Positions 23,646-35,844 of a stretch of 64,000 nt of DNA are shown here, piece after piece (within the stretch, counting starts at the first letter, position 1; each line of letters opens with the position of its first letter). Below the pieces are notes generated by a model that saw only the letters and a list, made by a program, of their open reading frames with translations, was not told where the DNA came from and did no database searches. The translations under genes were made by a program, and so were the position numbers. This DNA is from Lytechinus pictus. Its lineage: Eukaryota. Location of the stretch: assembly GCF_037042905.1 (NCBI RefSeq), contig NC_087250.1, forward strand, positions 20,524,001-20,588,000, in the 5' to 3' direction.

Positions 23646-26600
23646 ATGCCCTTGTCGCTACGTTTTCAAGTGAAAAATGAATTGAACAAGCCCAGTTTGG
23701 CAGGGTTTCGTTTCGTGACGCTTGTTTGGATCTTCATCTTTTTCAGTCACCTTCGAGCCGCAGCTGCATCCAGCCCCGATGCTCCGGGTGGAAGCTCACC
23801 TTCGGTTCCGCTTTACGAGCCAAGAATTCGCGGAGATGGTGTTGTTAACGTTATCATAATCGGAGCAACAGGGGATCTATCGAGGAGATATTTGTGGCAG
23901 GGATTTTTCAATCTGGTTAATGGTGGGTAGTAATTCTCCCATTGTCATTGATATTTTGATGTAACTTAGAATAGGGTGCAGCTCAGATTATTTTTTTTAG
24001 TTTTACATGTTTTATCATGATTATTCAGCTGTTCAGCATGTGCCAAATCATGGTCACTGCACTAATCTTATTCTTAAGTGTCTGTTTTTGTCCCGGGCCG
24101 GGGGGGGGGCACTTACATTGACGAGTGGATACCATGCGCGACCAAAAAAACACGTTAAAAGGATGTCCTTTTCGAGATAAGGGCACGTTACGTGATAAGG
24201 CGGGTGTCAAAAATAATGAAAATAGGGTATCTTTTTCGCTAGGAAAGCTACATGTTTGGGGTCAAATTTGTGAGGGTAAAAAGACTAAAAAATAAAGGAT
24301 GTACTTTTTGCCCCAACAGGCAACACTATACGTGCTTAAAGTCCGACTTGCGCGAGGTGTGGGTGGTGGGGCTGTACTAAACCCACTGATGTAAGGTAAA
24401 ACCGACGTCTGTGACACCGGGCCGTGACATATAACCACGAAAACATCGCTGTACTTGTTTAGGGATTCATTTCAGGGAATACTTACCAAGGGTATCTTTT
24501 TTTTTCCAATACTTGTTAAGGATAGGGTTTCAAAGGCCAATCTTGTTATGGGTTGCATTTTCAGAATATGGAAAATACTTGTTAAGGGTGCTTTTCGAGA
24601 CCCCATGGTCGCGCACGGTATCCGCCACTCGTCAATGGAAGTGCCCCCCCCCCCCCGGATTTTGTTGACAGTTGAGGCCTAACTCGTGAGGGTGATCTGA
24701 CTCTGAGACTGAGATTGTGTAGCCATATAGGACAGGTCACATTTTGAAATTTTATTCATGATGTATACCTGACATTCAATTTACTTTATTTAAAGATTCT
24801 CATGTTAACAGTCATCTTTTCAAATTATGAAATCTATTTGAAGCATCACGTAAATTCTTATCTGTAGGCCTATAATATTGTTACTTTTATTCTTTATGGA
24901 AATGTAAACATGCTAATTCTGCCCTGTTGGCTATGTTACTCTCCATAAACCATGATTAATTTTATGGAATTGAATTGATCAATATTTTCTCTCTTTATTT
25001 TTTATGTGGTACATGGACCTTCTTCAGAAGAGAAAGACCAGAAATTCCACTTTTACGCTGGATCACGGATTGGTCCGGATGAAGGGGAACGGGAGATGAA
25101 ACGCATCTTAGAGCAGAATGTATCATGTAGCAAAGTCCCTGCCTCGGTTGCCATGACAGCAGATGACTGTGAGGTAAATGATGTGATTTGTGACATAAAC
25201 ATCACATTAATTCATCTAGATTTCTTTTCTTGAAATATATATGTATCTGTACTCTGTAGCTCAATCAACAAGCTTAGTTTTATTCTAGAGAAGGCCCTTT
25301 TCTCAAATCTGTCACGATACCAAATTTAAGTTGAATGAATTTATAATTTGTATCAATTTTAATATTATTTTATATAACTCATCGACTGGAACAGGGTGAA
25401 CTTGGGACAGGTTAAATAAGTAGATGGCTCAGTACATTGCATTTACATACCTAGTAGTAGCTTTTCTGATGTTTTAGTTTTCAGACATAATTTTTTCCCC
25501 ATATGCATCGGTCACTAGATTGTAATACATGTTTTTTCCACTTATTGAATGTTTAATATATATGGTTACTATTCTATTTCACTCAAGAGAGCTAGGGCAG
25601 TCTACAGAGATTCTGTCACTTATCATATGCTGAAAAAGACTGAAGACTATGAGAAGCTATGCCACTATATCCATCACAAGATGCAATCTGTGGGACTAGA
25701 GGAGGTCGGTAGAATTTTCTACTTTGCTGTCCCTGCGTTTGCCTATGCTGGAATAGCAGAAAACATTAATAAAGGTATTATTCAAGAATATTAAATTAAA
25801 GAATTAAAGAATATTATTTGTGAACAAATATAAGGTGAAGATTTTTAAAAATGAAAAATGTTCATTTTGTAATAGGGAGTTGGAAGATATTGTACACTTT
25901 TTTATGAATGTAAATTTAGTAAAGAAATTTGGAAGAAAACAGAAAATTGGATCAGTGAATGTTCTCAGGCACACGTTATAAAGTTTAGTTTGAAAAATAT
26001 AATCTTTGGTTTTGTTTAGAAAAGAAATGATGCATTGAATTGTTTGGTATGTATAATCAAACATTTATTTTTTCAAAAGTTAAATAGTAAAAAACCAGTG
26101 TTTACATATGCAAAAAAAAATGGTTCGATATAATGAAGATGAGAGATATATTTAGTTCAATACTAAATGGATGTCACTTCATTCTTTATTTACTTGAGAG
26201 AAATGTTTAAGTATTATTATTGTTTGATTTCATTTATTTTGATATTATTTCACTGAGTAAAAGGCCTTTGGAGGGCTAAAAAGTTTGGAAAACAAATTAA
26301 TAAAGGTATTCTTTTAGTTGCTGGTTTTTTTTTGGTCATACTTGTTCTTTGGTCAGTCATCTGGGTATTAAATCCAACCTAGTCCTCAACTATGTTTGAG
26401 TTGACTATATAGATGCCAAATTGTTGAATATACTGTCCCCTAATTTGCTTGTAACTGTAGAATGAATTGTGTCTTCGATGTTCATGGCCCATTTAGTGCT
26501 TAATAACGAGTTTAATGGGGTGTTGTAAGAAACTTGCGATCAGTTGCAAGTCTATTTTTGGTCCCTAAATCAATCGTATGTCTTGTAAGTAATTGTGAGC

Positions 26601-29600
26601 TTGCAATTGATTGCTGATCTGATGCTTGCAACAAGGAGTGTGATCTGATTTTCTAGAGCTAAGATTGATCTATTGATTGTAAAATTGCAACAGAATATTT
26701 GCAATTGATTGCAAATATTTTCTTGCAACACCCCCTAAGACATTCTTGGAAAGAAATCTGATTTGATATGAGATCAAATGGCAAGATCATTGCTTTTTAG
26801 ATTGTATAAATCTTGTCACATTAATTGTTATGTTTTTGCTTTTGTTCTAATAGTGTGCCGTCCAACAGGCAAGGCCTGGCTTAGAGCCGTCTTGGAGAAA
26901 CCATTTGGCCATGATACAGCGTCGGCTAAAAAACTGTCTAGCGCCCTCAAGGAACATTTAGCAGAGAATGAAATCTACAGGATAGATCATTATCTTGGAA
27001 AGACAGGTTTGTTTTGTTTTTCTACTTTTGTTGTAGTTTAGAAACAACAATCCAAAATTCTGTGTAAGTTTACAAATTAACTGAATGTATTTTTTTTCTG
27101 GGGGAGGAGTTGAGGGGGTGGGGTATGGGTCATTACAGCTTTTATAAATTTTAAGTAAGATTAAATTGATTTGTATGATATTTGATTGGGTGATATTCTC
27201 TAAAATATATATATATACAAGTAAATTTTCTCAATTCAATTCTATCAGCATGGGAAAAATACATGGGGGATCGGGGCGATTTTGGCCCTGAAATGCTCAA
27301 AAGTGTCCTAGAAAATTTCCTTTTACTGCAGTGTTTTGGACTCAGTCAGTAGGTTCGGAAAAGGTGCCCTTGAAAGTAGAAAAATTTGACTTTGTTTTGT
27401 CTGAAACCATGGGCGTCAGCGCAGAGGATAATACACTGTTAGTGGGGAACGTCTATTGTTGCGACCCAAAAAAACCAAAAGGTAATCCTCTGCGCATACG
27501 CTCCTGCCTGAAACAGCACATATTTTGCAGAATCTTCTTTAAAAATAAACTGCTTCATTTTGGTTGAACATTCTACTAATGGAAGGTGCAAGAGGGAAAT
27601 TAATCTGTTTCTAAATTCAATTCGAAATATTTTCTTGTTGTAACACAGGTGTGCAGAGTATCCTACCATTCAGATCTCTCAACCAGAAAACATATGGAGA
27701 AATATGGAACAGTGAGAACATTGAGAGGGTTGAAATAGTGATGAAGGAATCACTTGATTCTAAAGGTAAGATAGAATATGGATTATAGACAATTCACTTG
27801 ATGGTGGATAGTTATCGAGAAAGAATTCTTTGAATGTCTGATAATACCAGGGACAATAATCATGATAATAATAATAATGATAATAATAATAATAACAATA
27901 ATGATTATAATAATGATAATGATAATAATGGTATTAATAATAATAATAAATTAATAATAGTGATTATAATAATAATACTAATAATACTATGCTTTTACAA
28001 GACATGTGAATGCCTTAGCGTCTCTATGCACTATTAATGCAGTACTAAGTAGCTGTGCTAAATTTGCAGTGCCTGGAAACATCTGAATAAATAATAAATG
28101 CATGTACACATATATGTTCCATAGTACTAATAATTTCTAAGCTAGGATAGTGATGTCCAAAATCCAGTTGAAATGATTAACTATGGAATGGCTCTAGTGA
28201 GATGACAGAATAGGGTAATACATTCTGAATATTTTATTACGATTGATAATTATTGGATTAAAACAGCAAGCCTTATTATGTTGATGATGTGTTGACAATG
28301 GTGATGGATGATGAATTTTTTAAAAGTGATAACAATGGTAATCATAGTGAATATATTGGTGGATAGTTATAAAGAAAGAATTCTCTGAATGTCTGATAAT
28401 ACCAAGGAATATATTGATAATCATGGCGTAATTTCCTTCAGCAAGAAATTTATCCACATTGTGCTGCACTCAACCCAGGTGAGGTGAATGGGTACCTGGT
28501 AGGAAGAAATTCCTTGGAATGCTTGAGCGCTGAGGCAGCCCAGCTACAGCCGGGGTAATAATAATAGCAGGGCCCGCTGGGAGAACAGTTTTCAGAACTG
28601 AAGTGGCTTCCCTGAGTAAATATACCTCTATCATTATTATTATGATATTGAATAATCGCAATAATGAGGAGTAGGATGATGACAGTGATGGTGATGTTGA
28701 TTGTTGGTGGTGTTGAATATTAACACTTGTATCATATGTCTTCTCCTTTCTAAATAATTTTTATGTAGGACGTATTTACTTCTACGACAAATACGGTGTA
28801 ATGAGAGATGTGATGCAAAATCATCTGACAGAGATCATGGCCTTGGTTGCCATGGAAATTCCAACTAATCTTAGCAGTATCCATGACTACCAGCGAGAGA
28901 AGCTGGCCCTACTCAGCCAGGTTGATCATGTGACCACAAACCAAGCCGTGATTGGTCAGTATGAGAGCTATGTCGATGAGTGGAGGGATGAGACGGAGAA
29001 CGGAGAGGATGAGACGTCAACCGTGCCAACGTTCGCGGGCGTTCTGTTCTTCATTTCGAGTCCACGTTGGAACAACGTCCCATTCCTGATGCTGTCTGGT
29101 AAAAAGTTGGATAAGAAAGAAACATATCTTAGAATCGTTTTCAAAAGCTCTCACTTCTGCACCATCACGCCTGATTACACCGAAGGGGAACACGCGTGCA
29201 GGCCGAAGCAAATCATATTCTTCATAGGGTCTAGAGGTCTCCCAACTGTCGCTGTCAGCAGGTCGCTACCAAAACCGCAAGTCCCCAACTCCTGGAGAGT
29301 TCTGGAACTTGATCCAGGAGCGGACATCCTCGGGTCGCCAGCCAAAGATTTCTATGCTTATTCGGCTGGGGCAGAGTCCGATGCTTACTCTGTGCTTATC
29401 AAGGAATGTTACCATGGAAACAGGGATAAATTCATTGGATCATCAGAGCTTGTGGGTTCCTGGGATATATGGAGTCCGTTGCTCGCAGCGTTGGAAGATA
29501 TCCCTCCTCGACGCTACCCTGGTGGCAGGGACTCTGGGCGATGGCTTGACATGGAGATCAAGGGACGGAAGCTCAGGTTTAGCCATGATGTTGATGGGAT

Positions 29601-30399
29601 ATGGAACGTTGAGGACTCTAACCGATTTGGGATGCCTTCCACTTCGGGGATTCTCGAGACATTCCGATCTGGCGCCCTCCACACAGGAAGCAAAGAGGAA
29701 ACGGTGTCTTTGTTAGCGAAACATCTGCTAATAGCGGCTCGTTCTGCTATCGCCACCCGCGGGGCCTTTCACGTAGCCTTCCCTGGTGGGAGTACCCCGG
29801 AGTTCCTCTTTCTGCATCTCTTCCTACGCATGAGGCATAGGTTCCCATGGCGGGAGACACACGTCTGGTTCACGGACGAACGATGCGTCCCGCTCACATC
29901 TGAGCATTCCAATTTTAATCAGATCTACTCCAAACTTCTTCAGTATATTCCTCTTCCGTACACTAGTCTCCATCCAATGCCCGTTCAGCTTACAAATGGC
30001 TTATGCAACAGAGAGGACGGCGGACCTGACCTGTACGCGTCTGAAATAAAGCGACTCGTTCCCGACCAGCGATTTGATTTTGTCGTGTTGGGGGTCGGCG
30101 AGGACGGCCATGTCGCTTCCCTTTTCCCTCACAATGATGCCATGTTTGATAAAACAAATAATGTACTGCTTTCAGAAGGTGCCATGCAGTTGAGTATACC
30201 TCGTAGAATGACGCTTGGCTTCTCCGCAATCAACAATTCTAGGAATATAGGTGTCCTGATCATTGGTGATAGAAAACATGCAATAGTAGAGAAATTAAAA
30301 CAAACTCATTTTACAGATGCTAGTGAATTACCCGTCCTTGCCATCATCCCTAATAATGGGACCCTTTCTTGGTTCATAGATCATGATGCATTGCTTTGA
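23646..30399 (+). CDS. H6PD: Hexose-6-phosphate dehydrogenase / 6-phosphogluconolactonase (ER bifunctional GDH/6PGL), 6 exons, about 836 aa
   Basis: Exons 23646 (or upstream in-frame ATG 23583)-23922, 25028-25173, 25588-25774, 26854-27006, 27649-27765, 28769-30399; 2511 nt. Hydrophobic leader FVTLVWIFIFFS; G6PD-family motifs GATGDL, EKPFG, RIDHYLGK, RDVMQNHL; fused 6PGL domain (PGGSTP, DERCVP, GVGEDGHVASLFP). Confidence 0.94.
24092..24659. mobile_element. CCCGGG/poly-G-ended TIR element in H6PD intron 1
   Basis: Reverse-complement homolog of 21690-22283 over its whole length. Confidence 0.8.
25780..26295 (+). mobile_element. Decayed L1/Tx1-type 3' fragment in H6PD intron 3
   Basis: Translates to KCSFCNRELEDIVHFF/(frameshift)YECKFSKEIWKK (CCHC knuckle); flanked by a 15-bp direct repeat ATTAATAAAGGTATT at 25765-25779 and 26296-26310. 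Confidence 0.75.
26517..26735. mobile_element. Harbinger-like MITE, family C
   Basis: GGGGTGTTGTAAGAAA / TTTCTTGCAACACCCC; second copy at 32194-32407. Confidence 0.75.
27855..27990 (+). repeat. (AAT)n microsatellite
   Basis: Directly visible. Confidence 0.9.
28422..28642 (+). mobile_element. 5'-truncated copy of the same SINE family
   Basis: Reverse-complement similarity to 50-270 (CATGGCG...GTGCTGCACTCAACCCAGGTGAGGTGAATGGGTACC...GAACTGAAGTGGCT). Confidence 0.75.
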
Positions 30400-32193
30400 C
30401 GACAAGTTCTTTGAATTAGTTGATGAATTTTTTCTTGTTTGCTCCGTTCTTAATAAGAGCATTTTGGTAACTCCGTCCCTCTTTCTCTTTATCCTTGTGT
30501 TTTTCCTATTTTTTGTGGCTCTCATAGTAATATTTCTACTTTATTGTTTGGTTTCTCTTACTTGATTATTGTGCATAGTTACCAGGGAAAAACAATATGA
30601 GGGGGCTCGGGCGAGTTCTCCCCCGAAATGCTCAAAACACTAAAAAGGGAGCCTTGGAAATTCCCATTCCTTGCAATGTTAAGCCATGGACCTACTGCAG
30701 TAGGAGCTCCATGGTCAACCTTATCCAATGTTGCAGATGTAGGCAGTAAGTCATGAGAAGTATTCCTCAAAAATATAAAATTAATGTTTCGCCTGGTAAT
30801 GTATGGGATGATTGATTACACCATACCCCCACCAACAAACAATATTCATAAATAAGTAAAAGATGAATTTATGATTAAATAATTTTCATTTTGATATTGA
30901 ATACTGCCTGTAACATTTTACAAGTCATTTGTTATGATTTTTTCTGCCAGTAGAATTATTACATCTTTCAGTACTTCATGTATATAAATAATTATATTGT
31001 GATGATGGTGTCATGGTGGTTAGCTATAATGATAATGATGCAAAGATGATGCTGTTTGTAAGCTCATGGTATACTATTAGTCTGCAGGCGCAGACCTTGA
31101 TTGAAACTTTGATCAACAATTGGGTCTTCACACAAGACTACCACATATAAAATTTGCAATTTCAATGAGGTCCTTCTGTATACAAGTCACAGATTGTAGG
31201 CTGCTCTTTCAGACCACTAAGTCGAGTGAATGGTTTGCACAGCAGACTAGTCTACTCTTGTATGCAATAGGTTGGACCTCTAAAATAAGGATAACAAATG
31301 CCCCCCGCCAAAAAAAAAGGTTAACAGAAATAAGACACATTAAATGTGTATAAAAATATCAACAAAAAAAGGGAAAATTATCAAAACAAGGTGTTAAAAG
31401 GGTCAAATTCAAATTCTTTTTCCGAAATTCAGAATGATAGGCGGTAGGTAATAAGACTGACACTTTAACTTGTGGTCATATCTCTCTCCGGCCATTACCT
31501 TGTGGGCCAAAAACCATGTGTAAAATTACACCCTGATTTTTTTAAAGATATATGTAATATGGACATGAATTTATGATTTGAGGGGCATTTGAGGAGAAAA
31601 AAAAATAACACATGATCAACAAGAAAGAAGGATAACTGGGCCACATCTCACAGATATGAGGTATTCAAATATGTGCCTGGGTGATCAATTTGTGATTGAG
31701 TTTTTCAAATAACCCCTTCTAACCCCCCCTCCCCCCCCCCCCCCTGCCCCCCACACACACCACTCTGCCGAATTGGGGAGCAATAAGAGTCGGACATCCC
31801 AAAATGTTGATATTCTATAAAGAAAATCAGAGATTGAATAATCGTGGAAAACAAACACACCTATATTTTTTAAAATCAATTTCATAACTTCAACTTCAAA
31901 GGGGGGGGGGTCCTCTTTCCCCAAAGATGTTAAGGCCTCGGCTTAATAGAGGGCATGACTACGGGCAGCGACAACATTCCAAATTTTGTATTTTCATGTT
32001 TAATTAAACAGATGTAAATGACAATGTTTATTTATTGAATAAATCATGAAGTAATGAATGTAATTATGGTTGAATTTTTGTTTACACAATACTATAAAGG
32101 ATTGCACTGAATATAGATAGAAAGAGGTGTGAGGGGGGAACCTAGTTGGAGAAAGAGGGAAGTGAGCTATCATTTTGGATAGAGAAAATTAAT

Positions 32194-32407
32194 GGGGGTG
32201 TTGCAAGAAACTTGCAATCAATTACAAGTCCATTTTAGGTCCCTAAATCATTCATATATCTTGCTATTAATTACAAATTTGTGATTGATTGATATTCTGC
32301 TTCTTGAAACCAAGTGTAATCTAATTTGCTACAGCTAATGTCTATCAGTTGTAGAATTGCAACAGAATATTTGCAATTGATTGCAAATATTTTCTTGCAA
32401 CACCCCC
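32194..32407. mobile_element. Harbinger-like MITE, family C
   Basis: Colinear with 26517-26735. Confidence 0.75.
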
Positions 32408-32685
32408 TGATTTAATTAGAGAGAGATTGGGATCAGTCAGGGGCGGATGAAGAGAGACGGAGTGCATGGGGGCGCAGAGAAGGAACAACGGAAGAGACGC
32501 TCTGGATGAGATGGAGGGGAGTGCGTTGTAATATGAGAGTGGGAAGATGGGGAGACAAAGTATGGGAGTAGACAGAGTTGATGTGGGATAGAAATCATAG
32601 AATGCTCGAGAAAGTTTGGAATGACAGAGAGAGAGGTCGGGGGGGAGAAAAGAGAGATCGATGGGCTATAGGGTGAGGCAGAAAA

Positions 32686-32853
32686 CAGGGGCCACGGAAC
32701 GGTTTTCAAAGTGGGGGGGGGGGGGCTGAACCAGAAGTGGGGGGCTGACCATGCAAAAAAAATCACTATCATATGGTCATTACGTTTTTGAACACGGTTT
32801 TGGAAAAAGTGGGGGGGGGGCTGAAGCCCCAGCCCCCGCTTCCGCGGCCCCTG
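32686..32853. mobile_element. Short G-rich MITE with 5-bp direct repeat GAAAA
   Basis: CAGGGGCCACGGAA / TTCCGCGGCCCCTG termini. Confidence 0.7.
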
Positions 32854-33358
32854 GAAAAGAGGGAGTTTTTTATGAGAGTAGGGGAGGAAAATGCGCTGAT
32901 GCTGGAAAAAGAAAGAGGGGCTGGGGATTATTTTCTTTAAGTATAGGGTTTATCTTGTAAATAATTACTACACATAAATCATCATAAACGTAAAGCAACA
33001 TAGTATGCTTATAGAGAAGTAAACAATTAACGACCCGAGCAATGTCTGGCCAGCGTTGCGCAATGGGATAAACCCTGCGCTTACATTGGGAAATTTTCTG
33101 CATAAAAAACCATGATTTATTAATTCATAGTATTTATTCATTTATTACTGAATTTTATCATTTAGTCGGGATGTCTTATCTCTGAGTTTGAGAGATGCTA
33201 TAAAACTAAGCCGGAAAGAAGTGAATAGAATAAAATTTGACCGAATAATATATAAGTACTCTTAAAGAAACATAGAAGATAGGAAACTAATTTGAATTCA
33301 TCCCTGATCAGCGGCAGGCATTTCCCCATTTTCCTTTTCAAATTAAGGGTACTTTTCA

Positions 33359-33786
33359 CCCGGGGGGGGGGGGGGGTGGGGCAGTCAAATATATTGCTGT
33401 ACACATGCGTAACCAAATTTCAAAACACCCCCTAAACGAGATTTTCGCTGTGAGCAAAATACCTACTCTAGACAAGGTTTTTGCGGGCTTCATACACATG
33501 TTGGCGCCTAAACAAGATGTCGCCCGAATTATAGGGAAAAAGCATACCCTAAACGAGTTTGGCTACTCGTAAAAAAAGGCTTTGGAAAAAATACCCTGAA
33601 TTCGCTGGACCCCGCGATTGAACATTGACCAGTTTTTCAAAACCACCCTTTCAGTAAAAAAATATCAAGTTTTGACACCCTCAACGAGTGCACGCGCGGC
33701 CCGCGTCAAAAACTGAAGAAAAAAAACACCCCTCGTTTTGGTCATGCATTTGTACAGCAATATATTTGACTCCCCCCCCCCCCGGG
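33359..33786. mobile_element. Related CCCGGG/poly-G-ended TIR element
   Basis: TIR CCCGG(G)n..AGTCAAATATATTGCTGTACA; internal ACCCCTAAAC repeats; flanked by ACTTTTCA. Confidence 0.8.
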
Positions 33787-34187
33787 GGGACTTTTCATCA
33801 ACATTGTCTTCCTCCTCATCCCGGGTAACTCACATTATGATCAATTGAGTGATGGTTTTAATCTCTAGAGTATAGGTCCATGTTTTAGTCAACTTTTAGA
33901 ATATAATGTATATTGAGTTAGAGGGCGCACTCTTGCTTTCCTCAGAAGGGTTCCAGACAACTCCTCTTCGAATAGTTGTGTTTAGGCCTATACCATGATC
34001 AGAAAGCTCTGCTTCAATTAATTTTCAAGCATCAAGTAAAATCAAGCAAAAAGTTGATTTGAATAAAAATATAAAATTAAACTAGCATATAACGCTGAAA
34101 TTTCATCAAAATCGATGTAAAATAAAGTCTTAATTTTACAACTTAGTACATGCATGTGTACAGGCTGGAGGAGCCTCCTACCTCCTG

Positions 34188-34344
34188 GGGAACGTTTCAT
34201 GAAAGGACTTGTCAGACGTTTTATCCGACAAGTCCTATTTTATCCGACAGTTACCATAGTAACATTGCTTATCAGCCAATCAAAATCAAGGAAAGATGTC
34301 AGATCTGACAACATGTCGGACAAAAATGTTGATGAAACGCTCCC
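34188..34344. mobile_element. Harbinger-like MITE, family D
   Basis: GGGAACGTTTCATGAAA / TGATGAAACGCTCCC; related copies at 46740-46897 (inverted) and about 4660-4815. Confidence 0.7.
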
Positions 34345-35755
34345 CAGCCTGCTCGGTATGCTATCAGGAAACTTAATTGTGACGTCACCCACTTATCATT
34401 TCCCATGTATTTGTTGTATGAAAAAAAATACCTTATTTTTTATTCAGTACTGATGTGATACAGTTTGATTTGCCCATGAGATTATATTCCTTCTATCTGC
34501 ACAAGATACAAGCGAAGGAATGAGTGATAACATCGCATATGTGTATAGGCCTAATGCATCTCTGTATGATCAACTGTCTCATAATGACTGCCATGCAGTG
34601 GCGGATCCGGGGGTGGGGGCACATCCGGCCCGTGCCCCCCCCCCCCCCCTCTTGAGAGCCATAATCAACATTTTTAATGTAAATATGCAGTTCTTTGTCC
34701 CCCAAGGCAGTTTTGCCTGCTGCCATGCACGGTCGCGGATCCATCGATTTCAACTCTCCCACATTTTAATTTACGATATTAGGCACTATAGGCCTATGTA
34801 TTTATTTTTAAATCATACATCCGGGTAGCTAGGGGCGGATCGAGGATTTTCGAAAGTGGGGGGGGGGCACATTTTCCCGAGGAAAAATTTTACAAGCAAA
34901 TGAAAATAGAAGGTTTTTAACCAAAAATTAAGGACATTTCATTAAAGAAAAAGTTTGACAAGCAAAAAAAAAGAAAGTCTTCATGTTCCAAAGGGGGGGG
35001 GGGGGGTGCACACTTCTGTTTTAACGCCATTACATTACAAATTCTAATTGTGCCTCTCAAGGGGGGGGGGGGGCACGGGCCGGCTTTTCCCCCTCTAGAT
35101 CCACTCCAGTGCCCCCGGGATATACATGCTTTAATAAAATAAAAAAAAAGGAGAATTTTGTTTCAAGTATAACGTTATGCTAATCATTAATTTTTAATAT
35201 GTTAATCATATTTAGGCCTATGTTAATTATGTTACTTTTAATATGCATAGGTGTGGGAAATGACAAGTTATATACTTGTATATGTATATTTCTTATTGAA
35301 ATGTGAAAATAAATCAATTACAAAGAATTTGAAAACAATTAAGCGAATAGCTTCAAAATCACAACTTTCTTAATTAACATATTATTTTGATATAAATTTC
35401 ATCATGCTTGTTTGATTTTTAGTCCTTTCATTTTTTGTTGTGTTGAACATTTTTTTCTTCTATTCATCTAATTCTATAATTTCTTTCCTTATTTTTCCTT
35501 TTTTTTTTTTTTTTTTTTTCTTTCTCTTCGATTTTTATTTTATTTTATAGGGTCCTATAGGCCCTATTATATAGGCCCTATATAGCTATTATAGGGGCCT
35601 ATTCTTCTCATTATTCATATAAGGCAATATGGGAAAGTAAAATGGAAATCATAATCAATTAACCTGAAAATCAGGTATTTCAAAAAAAAAAAAATGTCGC
35701 AATATTATATCTTCCGCAAATGGCATAGGTTGGGGGGGGGGGGGGGTGCTTCGTT

Positions 35756-35801
35756 TGACGTAAGGTTCTTTACTGTACTGAGGGAAGTTCTGTCACGTGA
35801 T
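35756..35801 (+). promoter_or_regulatory. CRE/ATF-like site (TGACGTAA) and E-box (GTCACGTGAT) just upstream of the ZXD start codon
   Basis: Motifs at 35756-35763 and 35792-35801, within 90 nt of ATG 35845. Confidence 0.35.
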
Positions 35802-35844
35802 CTCTCCGCCCTGTCTTTTCATCAAAGAAACCCGGAGGTCCATC

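Noticed and set aside
27803..28407. About 50-nt direct repeat in H6PD intron 5 (27803 and 28358)
   Set aside because: Ordinary intronic duplication around an (AAT)n tract; no splice or coding signal.
29017..30229. Antisense and alternate-frame ORFs over H6PD exon 6 (likewise over ZXD exon 1)
   Set aside because: Short shadows of GC-richer coding sequence with no recognisable motifs.
28801..30399. 532-aa ORF as a standalone or bacterial-type G6PD-6PGL fusion (horizontal transfer)
   Set aside because: It is the large last exon of spliced H6PD, a known animal gene.
35546..35602. Nested TATAGGCCCTATA palindromes upstream of ZXD
   Set aside because: TAGGCCTA-type low-complexity motifs recur throughout the window; no specific evidence of function.
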